A stretch of DNA of 64,000 nt, taken from an uncultured Acidobacteriota bacterium (GTDB lineage Bacteria; Acidobacteriota; Thermoanaerobaculia; Multivoradales; UBA5704). The notes under the pieces were generated by a model. The model saw only the letters and a program-made list of their open reading frames with translations, ran no database searches and was not told the origin of the DNA. Within the stretch, counting starts at the first letter, position 1, and the number at the start of each line of letters is the position of its first letter. Position numbers and translations under genes: made by a program. The DNA lies in assembly GCA_963770895.1 (NCBI GenBank), contig CAVYRF010000002.1:1216001-1280000 (forward strand), read 5' to 3'. Shown here piece after piece: positions 21,947 through 31,971 of the stretch.

Positions 21947-23299
21947 TCAACGGGACGCACGGCCGCCGGTGTAGACGGTGGTCCGCGGGTGGTAGGTGCG
22001 CCAATCGAACCAGTAGTCCTTGAAGGCGGGGATGGGCTGCAGGCGCCGGCCGGCCAGCGGGCCGCTCAGCGCTACGCCGGCGAAGCTCCAGGCGCTGCCG
22101 GTGGCGCCGTCGACCCAGGGCGCGGCGGCGGCGCCGGCCGGCCCGGCGAACAGCGACAGGCGGCGGCCGTCGACGGCGCCGGCGAAGACGCGCATGGAGC
22201 GGCCGTCGTCGCCGGTCAGGATCACCAGCGGCACGCCTCCCAGGTCGTCCATGACCGGGCCGCCCTGGAGCCGCAGAAGGTCGACCGGGTAGGCGCGGTC
22301 GGCGCCGCCCAGCGTCAGGCCGACCACCAGGGTGCGCGGCGGCAGCGGACCGGCCGCGGCGCTGACCACCGGCAGGCGGTCGGTCGTCGCCTCCCAATCA
22401 GCGCTGAAGGCCCGCCAGTCCGCGCTGGCCGCGGGGCGCAGCACGCGGCCGCCGGGGTGCTCGGACCGCCAGGTGGCGAAGCTCACCTCGTCGGCGAAGA
22501 CCGGCTGCAGGCGGGTGCCGCGCAGCGGGCCCAGGAACGCCTTGCCGTCCGCCTGCTGCCACCACGAGCCGGTCTGCTCGTCCCGCATGATGAAGTTCTG
22601 GTTGTTGATGCCGCTCAGGTGAAAGGTGAGCCGCCGGCCGCCGTCGATCGCCGCGTTCCACACCAGACCGGTGTGGCAGAGCGTTCAGTAGGTGACCGCG
22701 ACGGGCGTTCCTCCCACGGTGTCGAGAACCACGTGGTGGTAGGCGATCTGGCGCACCGGATACGCCGCGGCGTCGCCGCCGATGGCAACCGCCAGCACCA
22801 TGTCCCGCGGATCGACGAAGGCAGACGCCGACGCGGCCGGAACGTAGCCCGGATGCGGCAGCGGCTTGAACATCAGCTCGAAATGGTTCACCCGTGAGAT
22901 CCCGGCGGACAGGCCGGCGACCAGGACCAGCAGCGCCAGCGCCGTCCGCGCCGGCCAGCGCGCGCCCCGCCACTGCCGCCAGGCCAGCGCCGCGACCGCC
23001 GCCAGCGCCAGGAGCGTCGCGAGCGGCGAGATGCGGCGCAGCACGTACGCCTTGGTCACCAGCGCGGAGGTCTGGGGAGCGAAGGGCCGCAGCGCCCAGG
23101 CCGGCGACAGCACCATCCACAGGGCCGCGCCGGCGATGGCGACCAGGGCCGCCCAGCGCCACGCCCGCCAGCGGTCGCGCGCCGCCGCCGGGGCGCCGGC
23201 CACCGGGGCGCCCGACGCCGCGCCAGGAGCCGCGACCGCCAGGTCGTGCGGCGGGGTTGCGGGCGTTGCCCGGGGATCGCGCGGGTCGTGGTGCGGCAT
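21947..23299 (-). CDS. Membrane-anchored DUF3179 selenoprotein (450 aa, Sec at codon 205, UxxC)
   Basis: ORFs 22685-23299 and 21947-22663 share a frame, separated only by TAC TGA ACG CTC TGC (Y-U-T-L-C) where DUF3179 has YCPLC. AAAYP...HHVVLD precedes it and MRDEQTGSWWQQ follows. Confidence 0.88.
22651..22684 (-). promoter_or_regulatory. Bacterial SECIS-like hairpin
   Basis: mRNA after UGA: A-CGC-UCUG-CCACACC-GGUCU-GGUGUGG-AAC-GCG. Perfect 7-bp upper stem; the G-led apical loop starts 16 nt after UGA. Confidence 0.75.
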
Positions 23300-23409
23300 G
23301 CGGGCACCTCCTGGTCAAGGCATCGGCGGTCTGCCGGCCGGCACAGCTTATCGCCACCCGGATGACGGCGCGACAGCCGCTGGCAGGGTGCTTGCTTTGC
23401 TTCCCCGGC

Positions 23410-26202
23410 ATGGACGAGCGCGGCCCCTTCGAACCACCCCACGGCACCTGGCCTGACCTGCAGGCGCGGGCTCGCCTCCTGGCCGGCCGGGCATGGCGGC
23501 GGGTGCGCGGCGCCGGCGCCGACCTGTCCCGCTTCGTGGGCGAGCGGCGATGGCTGCGCCTGAGCCTGATCGCCGCCGCGGCCGCGACCGCGGCGCTGGC
23601 CGTGGCGGGAGGGGCGGCCTGGCAGACCTGCGGCTTTGCCGGCTGCCCCGACGCCGCGCGGCTCGCCGCCTACCGGCCGGACGGGGCGCCGCTGCTGCTC
23701 GACCGTCACGGTCAGGTCATCGCCACGCTGTCGCCGGACGACGGTTCCCAGGTGCGGCTGGCTTCGCTCCCCGCCCATGTCGCGGCGGCCTTCGTGGCGA
23801 TCGAGGACCGGCGCTTCTTCGAGCACGGCGCCGTGGACTGGCGCCGCGCCGTCGGCGCCTTCACCGCCAACCTGCGCGCGCACGCCATCGAGCAGGGCTT
23901 CAGCACCCTGTCGATGCAGCTGGCGCGCAACGTCTTCCCGCAGGAGATCCCGGGCAGGGAACGCACCCCGTCGCGCAAGCTGATCGAGATCCGCGTCGCG
24001 CAGCAGCTGGAAGCGCGCTACAGCAAGCCCGAGATCCTGGAGCTATACCTCAACCACATCTACTTCGGCAACGGCGCCCGCGGTATCGAGGCGGCGGCCT
24101 GGCAGTACTTCCGCGAGCCGGCGGCGCGCCTCACCCTGGCGCAGGCGGCCCTGCTCGCCGCGCTGCCCAAGGCGCCCACGCGCTACGATCCGCGGCGCCA
24201 CCCGGACCGCGCGCTGACGCGCCGCAACCTGGTCCTGGCGTGCATGGCGGCGCAGGGACGCATTGCGTCCAGCAGCGCCGCCGCGGCAAGGCACGAACCC
24301 TTGGGCGTGCGTCCGCCGCCCGAACGCCCGCCCGGCCAGCCGGTGGTCGCCTCCTATTTCGTCGAGGAGGTGCGGCACCAGCTGGAGGAGCGCTTCGGCG
24401 CCAGCCTGTACGACCAGCCGGTGCGGGTATGGACCAGCCTCGACCTGACGGCTCAACGCGCCGCCGAGGAAGAGCTGGAGCACCAGCTGCAAGCGATCGA
24501 GGCGCACGGCCTGCGGCACGCGGCGCGGGCGAAGGCGGACGACGACGACGGCGGCGACCAGCGGCTGGAGGGGGCGGTCGTGACCCTCGCCGCCGCCAGC
24601 GGCGACGTGCTGGCCTGGGTGGGAGGCCGCGACGGCGACGCGTCGCGGTTCGACCGCGTGGCCAATGCCCGGCGGCAGGTGGGCAGCGCCTGGAAGCCCT
24701 TTGTCTACGCCGCCGCCCTGGCGCGCGGCGTGCCGCTCAGCCAGAACATCGCCGACACGCCGCTGGTCGTGCCGCTGGGCGGCGGCGCCAGCTGGGAGCC
24801 GCGCAACTACGACGGTTCCTTCGACGGCCAGGTAACCCTGCGCGAAGCCCTGGTCCGCTCCAAGAACGTGCCGACCGTGCGTCTGTCGCAGGCGATCGGC
24901 TACGGCCAGATCGCCGAGCTGGCGGCCAGCGACGGCATCCCGGCGGATGGGCCCCTGGTGCCGTCGATGGCGCTCGGCACCGTCGCCGCCTCGCCGCTCA
25001 AATTGACCGCCGCGTATTCCGCCTTTGCCAACCTGGGCTGGCGCGCCACGCCGCGCCTCATCCTGCGCGTCGATCGCGCCGACGGCACGACGCTGTGGAC
25101 GGCGCCGGTGCCCAACCGGCGGCAGGTGCTCGATCCATCGGTCGCCTACCTGCTGGACGACGCGCTGCGCGACGCGATGCTGCGCGGCAGCGGCGCCCCC
25201 GGCCTGCCGCCGGGCCTGGCCGGACGCGCCGGCGGCAAGACCGGCACCAGCACCGGCGGCGACGACGTCTGGTTCGTCGGCTTCACGTCCGAGGTGGTCA
25301 CCGGCGTCTGGATCGGCTTCGACGAACCGCGACCCATCGCCAACCAGGCCACCGGCGGCCGCCTTGCCGCGCCGATCTTCCGCCGCCTGATGACCCGCTT
25401 CTACGCCGGGCGCCCCGCCCCCGCCTGGCCGGCCATGCCCGCCGGCGTCGAAACCGCGGCGATCGACCCGGTCAGCGGCCGGGTGCTGTCGGCCGGCTGC
25501 GTTCCCGCCGGCGGCGTCCCGGCCCGGCAGGAACTGTTCCTGGCCGGCCACGAGCCCGAATCCGCCTGCCCCGGCGACGTCACCGCCGATGCCGCGCTGG
25601 TGACGATCTCGCCGGCGGCGGCAACGGTGCCGGCGGCCTATCAGCAGGACGACGAATCTTCGGCAACGCGCGACGCGGCCGGCGGCGAGGCTCCGGCGGG
25701 CGATGCGGCGACGGCGCCGACCGCCCCCGCGGCAGCCGTGCCGCGGGACGGCGCGGCGGCGGCATCCGAGCAAGCGGGCGCCGGCGCTGGCGGCGGCGTC
25801 ATCGTCTCCGGCGGCGCCACCGGCATCTCGGCCAGCGCCACCAATCTCGCGGGGTGGTGGACCGTCGTCATGACCGCCGACGGCGCTTCCGGCACCGCCC
25901 GCGGCGCGCGCCAGACCTACCTGGTCGCGCTGCGCCAGCAGGGCACGGAGGTCACCGGCAGCGGCGAATGCTGGGAAGTGGACGGCCGCCAGCTCGCCGC
26001 CGGCTCGCGCAACCGCATCGACGTCGCCGGCACCATCGAAGGCCGCGAAGTCCGCCTCCACTTCACCGAGCGCGGCTCCGACCAGGGCAACGCCGGCACC
26101 CTCTTCTTCCACCTGGCACCCGGCGGCCAGGACCTGGCCGGCACCTTCACCGCCGGCGCCGACAACGCGCACGGCGTCGCAGCGGCCACGCGCCTGCGCT
26201 GA
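23410..26202 (+). CDS. Class A penicillin-binding protein (PBP1A family) with an extra C-terminal domain
   Basis: Transglycosylase motifs IEDRRFFEH, GFSTLSMQLARN, RKLIE, KPEILELYLN; transpeptidase motifs SAWK, SKN, KTGT. Confidence 0.9.
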   Translation: MDERGPFEPPHGTWPDLQARARLLAGRAWRRVRGAGADLSRFVGERRWLRLSLIAAAAATAALAVAGGAAWQTCGFAGCPDAARLAAYRPDGAPLLLDRHGQVIATLSPDDGSQVRLASLPAHVAAAFVAIEDRRFFEHGAVDWRRAVGAFTANLRAHAIEQGFSTLSMQLARNVFPQEIPGRERTPSRKLIEIRVAQQLEARYSKPEILELYLNHIYFGNGARGIEAAAWQYFREPAARLTLAQAALLAALPKAPTRYDPRRHPDRALTRRNLVLACMAAQGRIASSSAAAARHEPLGVRPPPERPPGQPVVASYFVEEVRHQLEERFGASLYDQPVRVWTSLDLTAQRAAEEELEHQLQAIEAHGLRHAARAKADDDDGGDQRLEGAVVTLAAASGDVLAWVGGRDGDASRFDRVANARRQVGSAWKPFVYAAALARGVPLSQNIADTPLVVPLGGGASWEPRNYDGSFDGQVTLREALVRSKNVPTVRLSQAIGYGQIAELAASDGIPADGPLVPSMALGTVAASPLKLTAAYSAFANLGWRATPRLILRVDRADGTTLWTAPVPNRRQVLDPSVAYLLDDALRDAMLRGSGAPGLPPGLAGRAGGKTGTSTGGDDVWFVGFTSEVVTGVWIGFDEPRPIANQATGGRLAAPIFRRLMTRFYAGRPAPAWPAMPAGVETAAIDPVSGRVLSAGCVPAGGVPARQELFLAGHEPESACPGDVTADAALVTISPAAATVPAAYQQDDESSATRDAAGGEAPAGDAATAPTAPAAAVPRDGAAAASEQAGAGAGGGVIVSGGATGISASATNLAGWWTVVMTADGASGTARGARQTYLVALRQQGTEVTGSGECWEVDGRQLAAGSRNRIDVAGTIEGREVRLHFTERGSDQGNAGTLFFHLAPGGQDLAGTFTAGADNAHGVAAATRLR

Positions 26203-26270
26203 GCGCGCGCGCCGGATCTGTAGAATGGATCTGCCGCCGGTGGGAGCCGCGGACCAGGGGGAGGTTTGTG

Positions 26271-29063
26271 ATGCGGGCAGCAGGTGCAGCCGTGGTGCTG
26301 ATGGGTTGCCTTTTGGGTGTGGCGCCGGCGGCGGCGCTGACGCCTTACATGGTCAAACAGATCAATACCACCGGCACGCCCCAAGGCTCGTCGCCGCAAT
26401 CCTTCTGGTCGGCCGAAGACTTTGCGGTGTTCACCGCCGACGACGGCGTGCACGGTCCGGCCCTGTGGCGCAGCGACGGCACCGCCGCGGGGACCTACCG
26501 GCTGAAGGTCCCGTACACGCCGTATGAGCCCACCGTGTTCGCCAGCCTGGATGACACGCTCTTTTTCACCCTCGCCGACGCGAACGGCAACGGCGGGCTC
26601 TGGGTCACGCACGGCACTTCCGCCACGACCAGGAAGCTGGTCGCTCCTTTCGACTTCCTGCCGATCGGCAACAGCTTCGCCACCTACGACCTGTGGCCGC
26701 AGGGCCTGGTGTATTTCGAGGCCTTCTCCCCACCGGTCGGCGCCCAATTGTGGCGCTCCGACGCAACGCCCGGCGGCACGTTCCCGCTCGGCGCCTGGAA
26801 CCCGGAGGAACTGGCCTTCGCCGCCGGCGACCTGTACTTTGGCGCCGTCGACGCCACCGGCCCCGGCCTGTGGAAAACAGACGGCACCGTGGCTGGCACC
26901 CGCGTCGTGCAGCGGTTCCCGACGCCGGCGGGGCAGGTCAGCGTGCCGACCTTCCCCTTTGGGCCTGCCGGCAAAGAGCTGATCTTCGGTGCCGCCACCG
27001 CGGCGCGCGGCTTCGAGCTGTGGCGCACCAACGGCACCGCCGCCGGCACGCAGCCCTTGCGCGATCTGGTGCGCGGGCCCGGTTCGCCGGGCATCTTCGA
27101 TTGGACGACGCTCGGCGCGCGGCAGCTTTTTGCCCTCGACATCGGTCAGCAACGGAACGTCTGGGCGACCAACGGCACGACGCTCGCTCAACTCACCAAC
27201 TTCGACAGCCGCGCCGTGTTTTCCGCGCAAGGCAAGGTCTTCTCGCCGGCCTCTCTGGGCCCGACCACCTTTTTCAGCGCCGACGACGGCGTGCACGGCT
27301 TCGAATTGTGGGCCACCGACGGCACCAAAACCGGCACGCACCTGGTGAGCGACGTCTGCCCCGGATCTTGCTCCAGCAACGCCTCGGGGCAGGCGATCCT
27401 GGACGGAGGGCTGCTGTTCTCAGCGGATGACGGGGTTCACGGCAACGAGCTGTGGACGACCGACGGCACCAAAGCCGGCACCCACATGGTCGCCGACGTC
27501 TGCCCCGGCTCCTGCGGCTCCTCCCCAGAGGTGATCGCGGTGCTCGGCAGCCGCGCGTTGTTCCTGGCCGACGATGCCGACCAGGTCACCCAGCTGTGGC
27601 GCACCACCGGCACCGCCGCCGGCACCTTTCGCCTCACCGGCTTCGACGACACCTACTTCTCTTCGCTCGCCGGCGATGACGCCGCCGTCAACGACGTGCT
27701 GCTCTTCCAGGGCACGGACGCCGCGCACGGCAGCGAGCTGTGGGTGAGCGACGGGACCCGCGCCGGGACCCACCTGCTGGTCGACATCAATCCTGCGGTG
27801 GTGCCCAACGGCGCCAATCCCGCGGACCTGCAAGCCGCCGGCAGCAAGCTCTACTTTTTCGCCGACGACGGCATCGACGGCACGCAGCTGTGGGTGACCG
27901 ACGGCAGCGCGGCGGGGACCGTCGAGCTGAGCAGCCCGGCGGACGGGCTGGGTAACGGCGCAGTCGCCACCGTCGCCAGCGGGAACAACCTCTTCCTGGT
28001 GACCCAGGGCCAGCAGAACAGTTCTCTTTGGATCAGCGACGGCACCCCCGGCGGACTGGTTCAGCTGACGCCCGACACCGTGGACGTGCTCGCGGACTCG
28101 CAGCTCGGGGCGCCCGCGGCGCTCGGCAGTACGGTGTTCTTTGTCGCCAACGACGGCGTGCACGGCCCCGCTCTCTGGAAGAGCGACGGCACGACGGCAG
28201 GCACCGTGCCGGTGGACGGCGTGAACTGGAGCGGCGGCGAGGCGCAGCTGCTGACCCCATTCAACGGCGAGCTGTTTTACTTCCTCCCCGACCCCGAGTT
28301 CGAGAACGACCGCGACCTGTGGCGCACCGACGGTACGCCCGGCGGCACGACGCTGGTCGCCCCCCTGAACACCGACGTCGACGACGACTACCAGCCGCTG
28401 CTGCAGGATTTCGGCGGCAGGCTCTATTTCTTCGCGGCGGACACCGACGGCACCTTCGGGCTGGCCCTGTGGTCCACCGACGGCACCGCGGCCGGGACGC
28501 GGCAGGCGGCTTCCTTCAACCTGGACGCGCAGGACGGCGCATTCGGGGAGCCGACCCGGTTCGCGGTGGCGGGCAACCGGCTCTTTCTCTTCACCTCTGC
28601 AGGCCTCTGGGCCAGCGACGGCACCCAGGCCGGCACGCAGCTCGTAAGCCCGTCGATCGAGCCCCCCTCTTCTTCTTCGTATCCCTTGTCGACTGCCGCC
28701 TTGGGGCAGAAGCTCGTGTTCCTGGGCGCCAGCGGCGCCTCGCCGCACGCAAGCATCTGGGTGAGCGATGGGACCGCCGCGGGCACCGTACCGCTCACCG
28801 ACGCGCAGGGCAACCCGATCCACACGGCCACCGCCGTGGTGGCATTTGACGGGGCCGTCGCGTTCTCGGTGGTCAGCGCCGCGGGCACCGCCCTCTGGCA
28901 GAGCGACGGCACACCGGCGGGAACTTCGCAGGTCGTCGCCTCGGGCCTGGGCGGCCCGCCGGGAAGCTACGCCGCCCCGGCACTGGTCCCGGCCGGCCAG
29001 CTCCTGTACTTCAGCGACTCCACCGCGGCGACCGGCACGCAGCTGTGGGCAGCCCGGCCGTAA
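26271..29063 (+). CDS. ELWxxDGT repeat protein (secreted beta-propeller)
   Basis: Signal peptide and more than 15 repeats such as DDGVHGFELWATDGT. GGGGAGG precedes ATG at 26271. Confidence 0.9.
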   Translation: MRAAGAAVVLMGCLLGVAPAAALTPYMVKQINTTGTPQGSSPQSFWSAEDFAVFTADDGVHGPALWRSDGTAAGTYRLKVPYTPYEPTVFASLDDTLFFTLADANGNGGLWVTHGTSATTRKLVAPFDFLPIGNSFATYDLWPQGLVYFEAFSPPVGAQLWRSDATPGGTFPLGAWNPEELAFAAGDLYFGAVDATGPGLWKTDGTVAGTRVVQRFPTPAGQVSVPTFPFGPAGKELIFGAATAARGFELWRTNGTAAGTQPLRDLVRGPGSPGIFDWTTLGARQLFALDIGQQRNVWATNGTTLAQLTNFDSRAVFSAQGKVFSPASLGPTTFFSADDGVHGFELWATDGTKTGTHLVSDVCPGSCSSNASGQAILDGGLLFSADDGVHGNELWTTDGTKAGTHMVADVCPGSCGSSPEVIAVLGSRALFLADDADQVTQLWRTTGTAAGTFRLTGFDDTYFSSLAGDDAAVNDVLLFQGTDAAHGSELWVSDGTRAGTHLLVDINPAVVPNGANPADLQAAGSKLYFFADDGIDGTQLWVTDGSAAGTVELSSPADGLGNGAVATVASGNNLFLVTQGQQNSSLWISDGTPGGLVQLTPDTVDVLADSQLGAPAALGSTVFFVANDGVHGPALWKSDGTTAGTVPVDGVNWSGGEAQLLTPFNGELFYFLPDPEFENDRDLWRTDGTPGGTTLVAPLNTDVDDDYQPLLQDFGGRLYFFAADTDGTFGLALWSTDGTAAGTRQAASFNLDAQDGAFGEPTRFAVAGNRLFLFTSAGLWASDGTQAGTQLVSPSIEPPSSSSYPLSTAALGQKLVFLGASGASPHASIWVSDGTAAGTVPLTDAQGNPIHTATAVVAFDGAVAFSVVSAAGTALWQSDGTPAGTSQVVASGLGGPPGSYAAPALVPAGQLLYFSDSTAATGTQLWAARP

Positions 29064-29124
29064 CCGCCGGGCGCGCTCTTGGCGCTTGCCGGGGACAGGC
29101 AAGGGCGGGTAGTATGTGGTCGTT

Positions 29125-31971
29125 ATGCCAATGCGTTTGCGGTTGCGGTTAGGGCAGGTTGCGCGGATCATCGCCAGCTGCGCGGCGATGCTGGTGTGCG
29201 CGGGCGGCGGCGCTCGCGGGCTGGCGGCGGGGGCGGGCGCGCCTCCTCCGACCCCTCCGACCGCGGCCACGACGCCGGCGACGGCGCCGCCAGGCGTCGC
29301 GGCGTCGCTCGACGACCTGGCCGGCGGCGGGTCCGGCGCGGGGGACCTGGATCCCAAATACAGGGCCTGGCTGGAAGAGGTGGCGCCGCTGATCAACGAG
29401 CGCGAGCGGAAGGTGTTTCTGGCGCTCAACCGGGACTACCAGCGCGACGAATTCATCCAGAAATTCTGGGACGTGCGGGACCCCTACCCCGAGACGCCGC
29501 AAAACGAGCTGCGGGACGAGTGGGAGGAGCGCATCAAGGCGGCGCGCGACCGCTACGGCAACGTCACCGAAGACCGCGCGCGGGTGCTGCTGATCCACGG
29601 CGAGCCCGCCCACGTCTTCCATTCGCGCTGCTCGGACGTGGTGCTGCCGCTGGAGATCTGGTCCTACGAAAAGATGAAGCGGTCGCGGCGCGAATACGCC
29701 GTGGTGTTCGTGCAGGACATGGGGGCGGTCCGCGGCCGCTATCGCCTGTGGGCGCCCGGCGAAGGGCTGCTGCCGCTGCTGGCGATGCAGGCGCGCTCCC
29801 GCTACGTCGAGCACGCGGACGACTCGGCCGCCCTGGCGTCCTGCCTGGAGGGGTCGGACATCGCCGGCTACCTGACCGAAGCGATCGACGAAAAGCAGCT
29901 GGAGGAAAAGGGCCACGTGCTGCCGCGGCCCAGCGACGAATGGCTGTCCAGCTTCGCCGCCGCCTCCACCGACCTGCCGGCGGGCGCGACGCCGCTGCCG
30001 GCCGATCTGGACATCTCGTTTCCGGGCCGCGCCGGCAGCCGCACGGTGATGCAGGGGCTGGTCCACGTGCCGCGCCAGGCGACGGCGCCGGAGCAGGTGG
30101 GCGACCGCTCGTTCTTCGCCTTCGTGGTCGACGGCGAAGTGTTGCGCAACGACCAGCTGTTCGAGCACTTCCGCTACCGTTTCAGCTTCCCGGTGGAGGC
30201 GCCGGCCGCCGCACCGGCGGCAAAGGCGGCAGCGTCCGCCGCGCCGGCGGCCGGGTCGGCCACGTCTGCCACATCTGCCGCGCCGGCCGCAACCAGTGCC
30301 GAAGGCGTCCCCGGCACCGGCGGCAGCGAGATCCCGCTGGTGTTTCAGCGCTACTTCCGGCCCGGCACCTACACCCTGCTGCTGAAGGTCGAAGACATCG
30401 GCGGCAAGCGCTTCTACCGCGCCGAGCGCGATCTGAACGTCCCCGCGGTGGCCGCACCGGTACAGACGGCGGCCTTGCCGGGCGCGCCGGGGACCGCCGC
30501 CACGCCGACGACGCCGGCAGCGGCGCCGGCGGCCGGCGGCGGCGCCGGCGCCACCACGGCCAGCACCGCCGCCGGGCCGGGCAGCGCCCCGGGGGCACAG
30601 CTGGCCGAAGCCAATGCCGCGATCCGCGCCGGCGACCAGACCGTGCGGCTGCTGCCACCGCAGGACGGCCTGTTGACCGGGGCGGTGCGCATCGAAGCGA
30701 TCGCCGACGGCGGCGGCATCGACCACGTGCGCTTCCAGCTCGACGGCAAGCCGGCGCTGACCAAGCGGCACTCGCCCTACAGCGTCGATCTCAACCTGGG
30801 CTCGCAGCCTCGCGCGCACGTCGTCAAGGCCTTTGCCGAGGGGGCGGACGGCAAGGTCCTGGCCGAAGACCAGCTGGTGCTCAACGCCGGCCCGCACCGT
30901 TTTTCGGTGCGCCTGATCGAGCCGCAGGCAGGCAAGATGTATCGCGCCAGCCTGCGCGCGGAGGCGCAGGTGGAGGTGCCCGAGGGCGAAAAGCTGGACC
31001 GGCTCGAGCTGTACCGCAACGACGCGCTGGTGGCGACGCTCTATCAGCCGCCCTGGACGCAGCCGATCCTGCTGCCGGCCAGCTCGCAGGTGTCCTACGT
31101 GCGCGCCGTCGCCTACCTGGCGGACGGCAATTCCTGCGAAGACCTGGTGCTGGTCAACTCGCCCAATCCGGGCGAGCGGATCGACGTGCAGATGGTGGAG
31201 CTGTACACCACCGTCACCGATCGCCGCGGCAGGCCCGTCGACGGCCTGCAACGCGACGACTTCAAGGTCTACGAAGACGGCGCCGAGCAGTCGGTGCGCC
31301 GCTTCGAGCGCGTCCAGGATCTGCCGATCTACGCCGGCGTGCTGCTCGACACCTCGGGCTCGATGCTGGATCACCTGGACACCGCGGTGCAGGCGGCGCT
31401 CAGCTTCTTCCACACCGTGATCACCCCCAAGGACCGCGCAGCGGTGATCACGTTCAACGGCGAGCCCAACCTGGCGGTGCGCTTCACCAACAACTCCGAA
31501 GTGCTCGCCGGCGGCCTGGCGGGGCTGCGCGCCGACGGCAGCACCGCGCTGTACGACAGCATCATCTACACCCTCTACTACTTTGGCGGCGTGCGCGGCA
31601 AGCGCGCGGTGGTGCTGCTGACCGACGGCAAGGACGAAGGCAGCCGCTTCCGCTACGCCGAAGCGCTCGAATATGCCAAGCACAGCGGCATCGCCTTTTA
31701 CACCATCGGCCTGGGGCTCACCGCCAAGGAGCCCGACATCCGCATGAAGCTGGTGGAGATCGCCGACCAGACGGGCGGCCGCTCGTTCTTCATCGACCGG
31801 GTGGTCGAGCTGTCGGGGGCCTATCGCCAGATCGAAGCGGAGCTGCGCTCGCAGTACCTGATCGCCTACCAGTCCACGAAGCAGGGCAGCGACGGCAAGT
31901 TCCGCAACGTCGAGGTCAAGCTGGATCGCTCCGGCATGGCCGCCCGCACGGTTCCCGGGTACTACCCCTGA
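29125..31971 (+). CDS. GWxTD-like domain + Ig-like + VWA domain secreted protein (paralog 2)
   Basis: FIQKFWDVRDP...EDRARVLLIHGEP, MIDAS DTSGS, LLTDGKD, LRSQYLIAY...GYYP; colinear with 19101-21896. Start uncertain (29116-29131). Confidence 0.8.
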   Translation: MPMRLRLRLGQVARIIASCAAMLVCAGGGARGLAAGAGAPPPTPPTAATTPATAPPGVAASLDDLAGGGSGAGDLDPKYRAWLEEVAPLINERERKVFLALNRDYQRDEFIQKFWDVRDPYPETPQNELRDEWEERIKAARDRYGNVTEDRARVLLIHGEPAHVFHSRCSDVVLPLEIWSYEKMKRSRREYAVVFVQDMGAVRGRYRLWAPGEGLLPLLAMQARSRYVEHADDSAALASCLEGSDIAGYLTEAIDEKQLEEKGHVLPRPSDEWLSSFAAASTDLPAGATPLPADLDISFPGRAGSRTVMQGLVHVPRQATAPEQVGDRSFFAFVVDGEVLRNDQLFEHFRYRFSFPVEAPAAAPAAKAAASAAPAAGSATSATSAAPAATSAEGVPGTGGSEIPLVFQRYFRPGTYTLLLKVEDIGGKRFYRAERDLNVPAVAAPVQTAALPGAPGTAATPTTPAAAPAAGGGAGATTASTAAGPGSAPGAQLAEANAAIRAGDQTVRLLPPQDGLLTGAVRIEAIADGGGIDHVRFQLDGKPALTKRHSPYSVDLNLGSQPRAHVVKAFAEGADGKVLAEDQLVLNAGPHRFSVRLIEPQAGKMYRASLRAEAQVEVPEGEKLDRLELYRNDALVATLYQPPWTQPILLPASSQVSYVRAVAYLADGNSCEDLVLVNSPNPGERIDVQMVELYTTVTDRRGRPVDGLQRDDFKVYEDGAEQSVRRFERVQDLPIYAGVLLDTSGSMLDHLDTAVQAALSFFHTVITPKDRAAVITFNGEPNLAVRFTNNSEVLAGGLAGLRADGSTALYDSIIYTLYYFGGVRGKRAVVLLTDGKDEGSRFRYAEALEYAKHSGIAFYTIGLGLTAKEPDIRMKLVEIADQTGGRSFFIDRVVELSGAYRQIEAELRSQYLIAYQSTKQGSDGKFRNVEVKLDRSGMAARTVPGYYP

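Noticed and set aside
23493-26270. Apparent 1856-aa ORF 23493-29063
   Set aside because: The first ~925 codons overlap PBP1A in another frame. The ELWxxDGT protein has its own RBS, ATG (26271) and signal peptide.
27270-27530. Near-duplicate DNA segments in the ELWxxDGT gene
   Set aside because: They are ordinary propeller-blade repeats of that family.
29079-31967. Apparent 1170-aa Maf fusion
   Set aside because: The upstream part is an off-frame shadow of the GWxTD-VWA gene; only the last ~207 codons are Maf.
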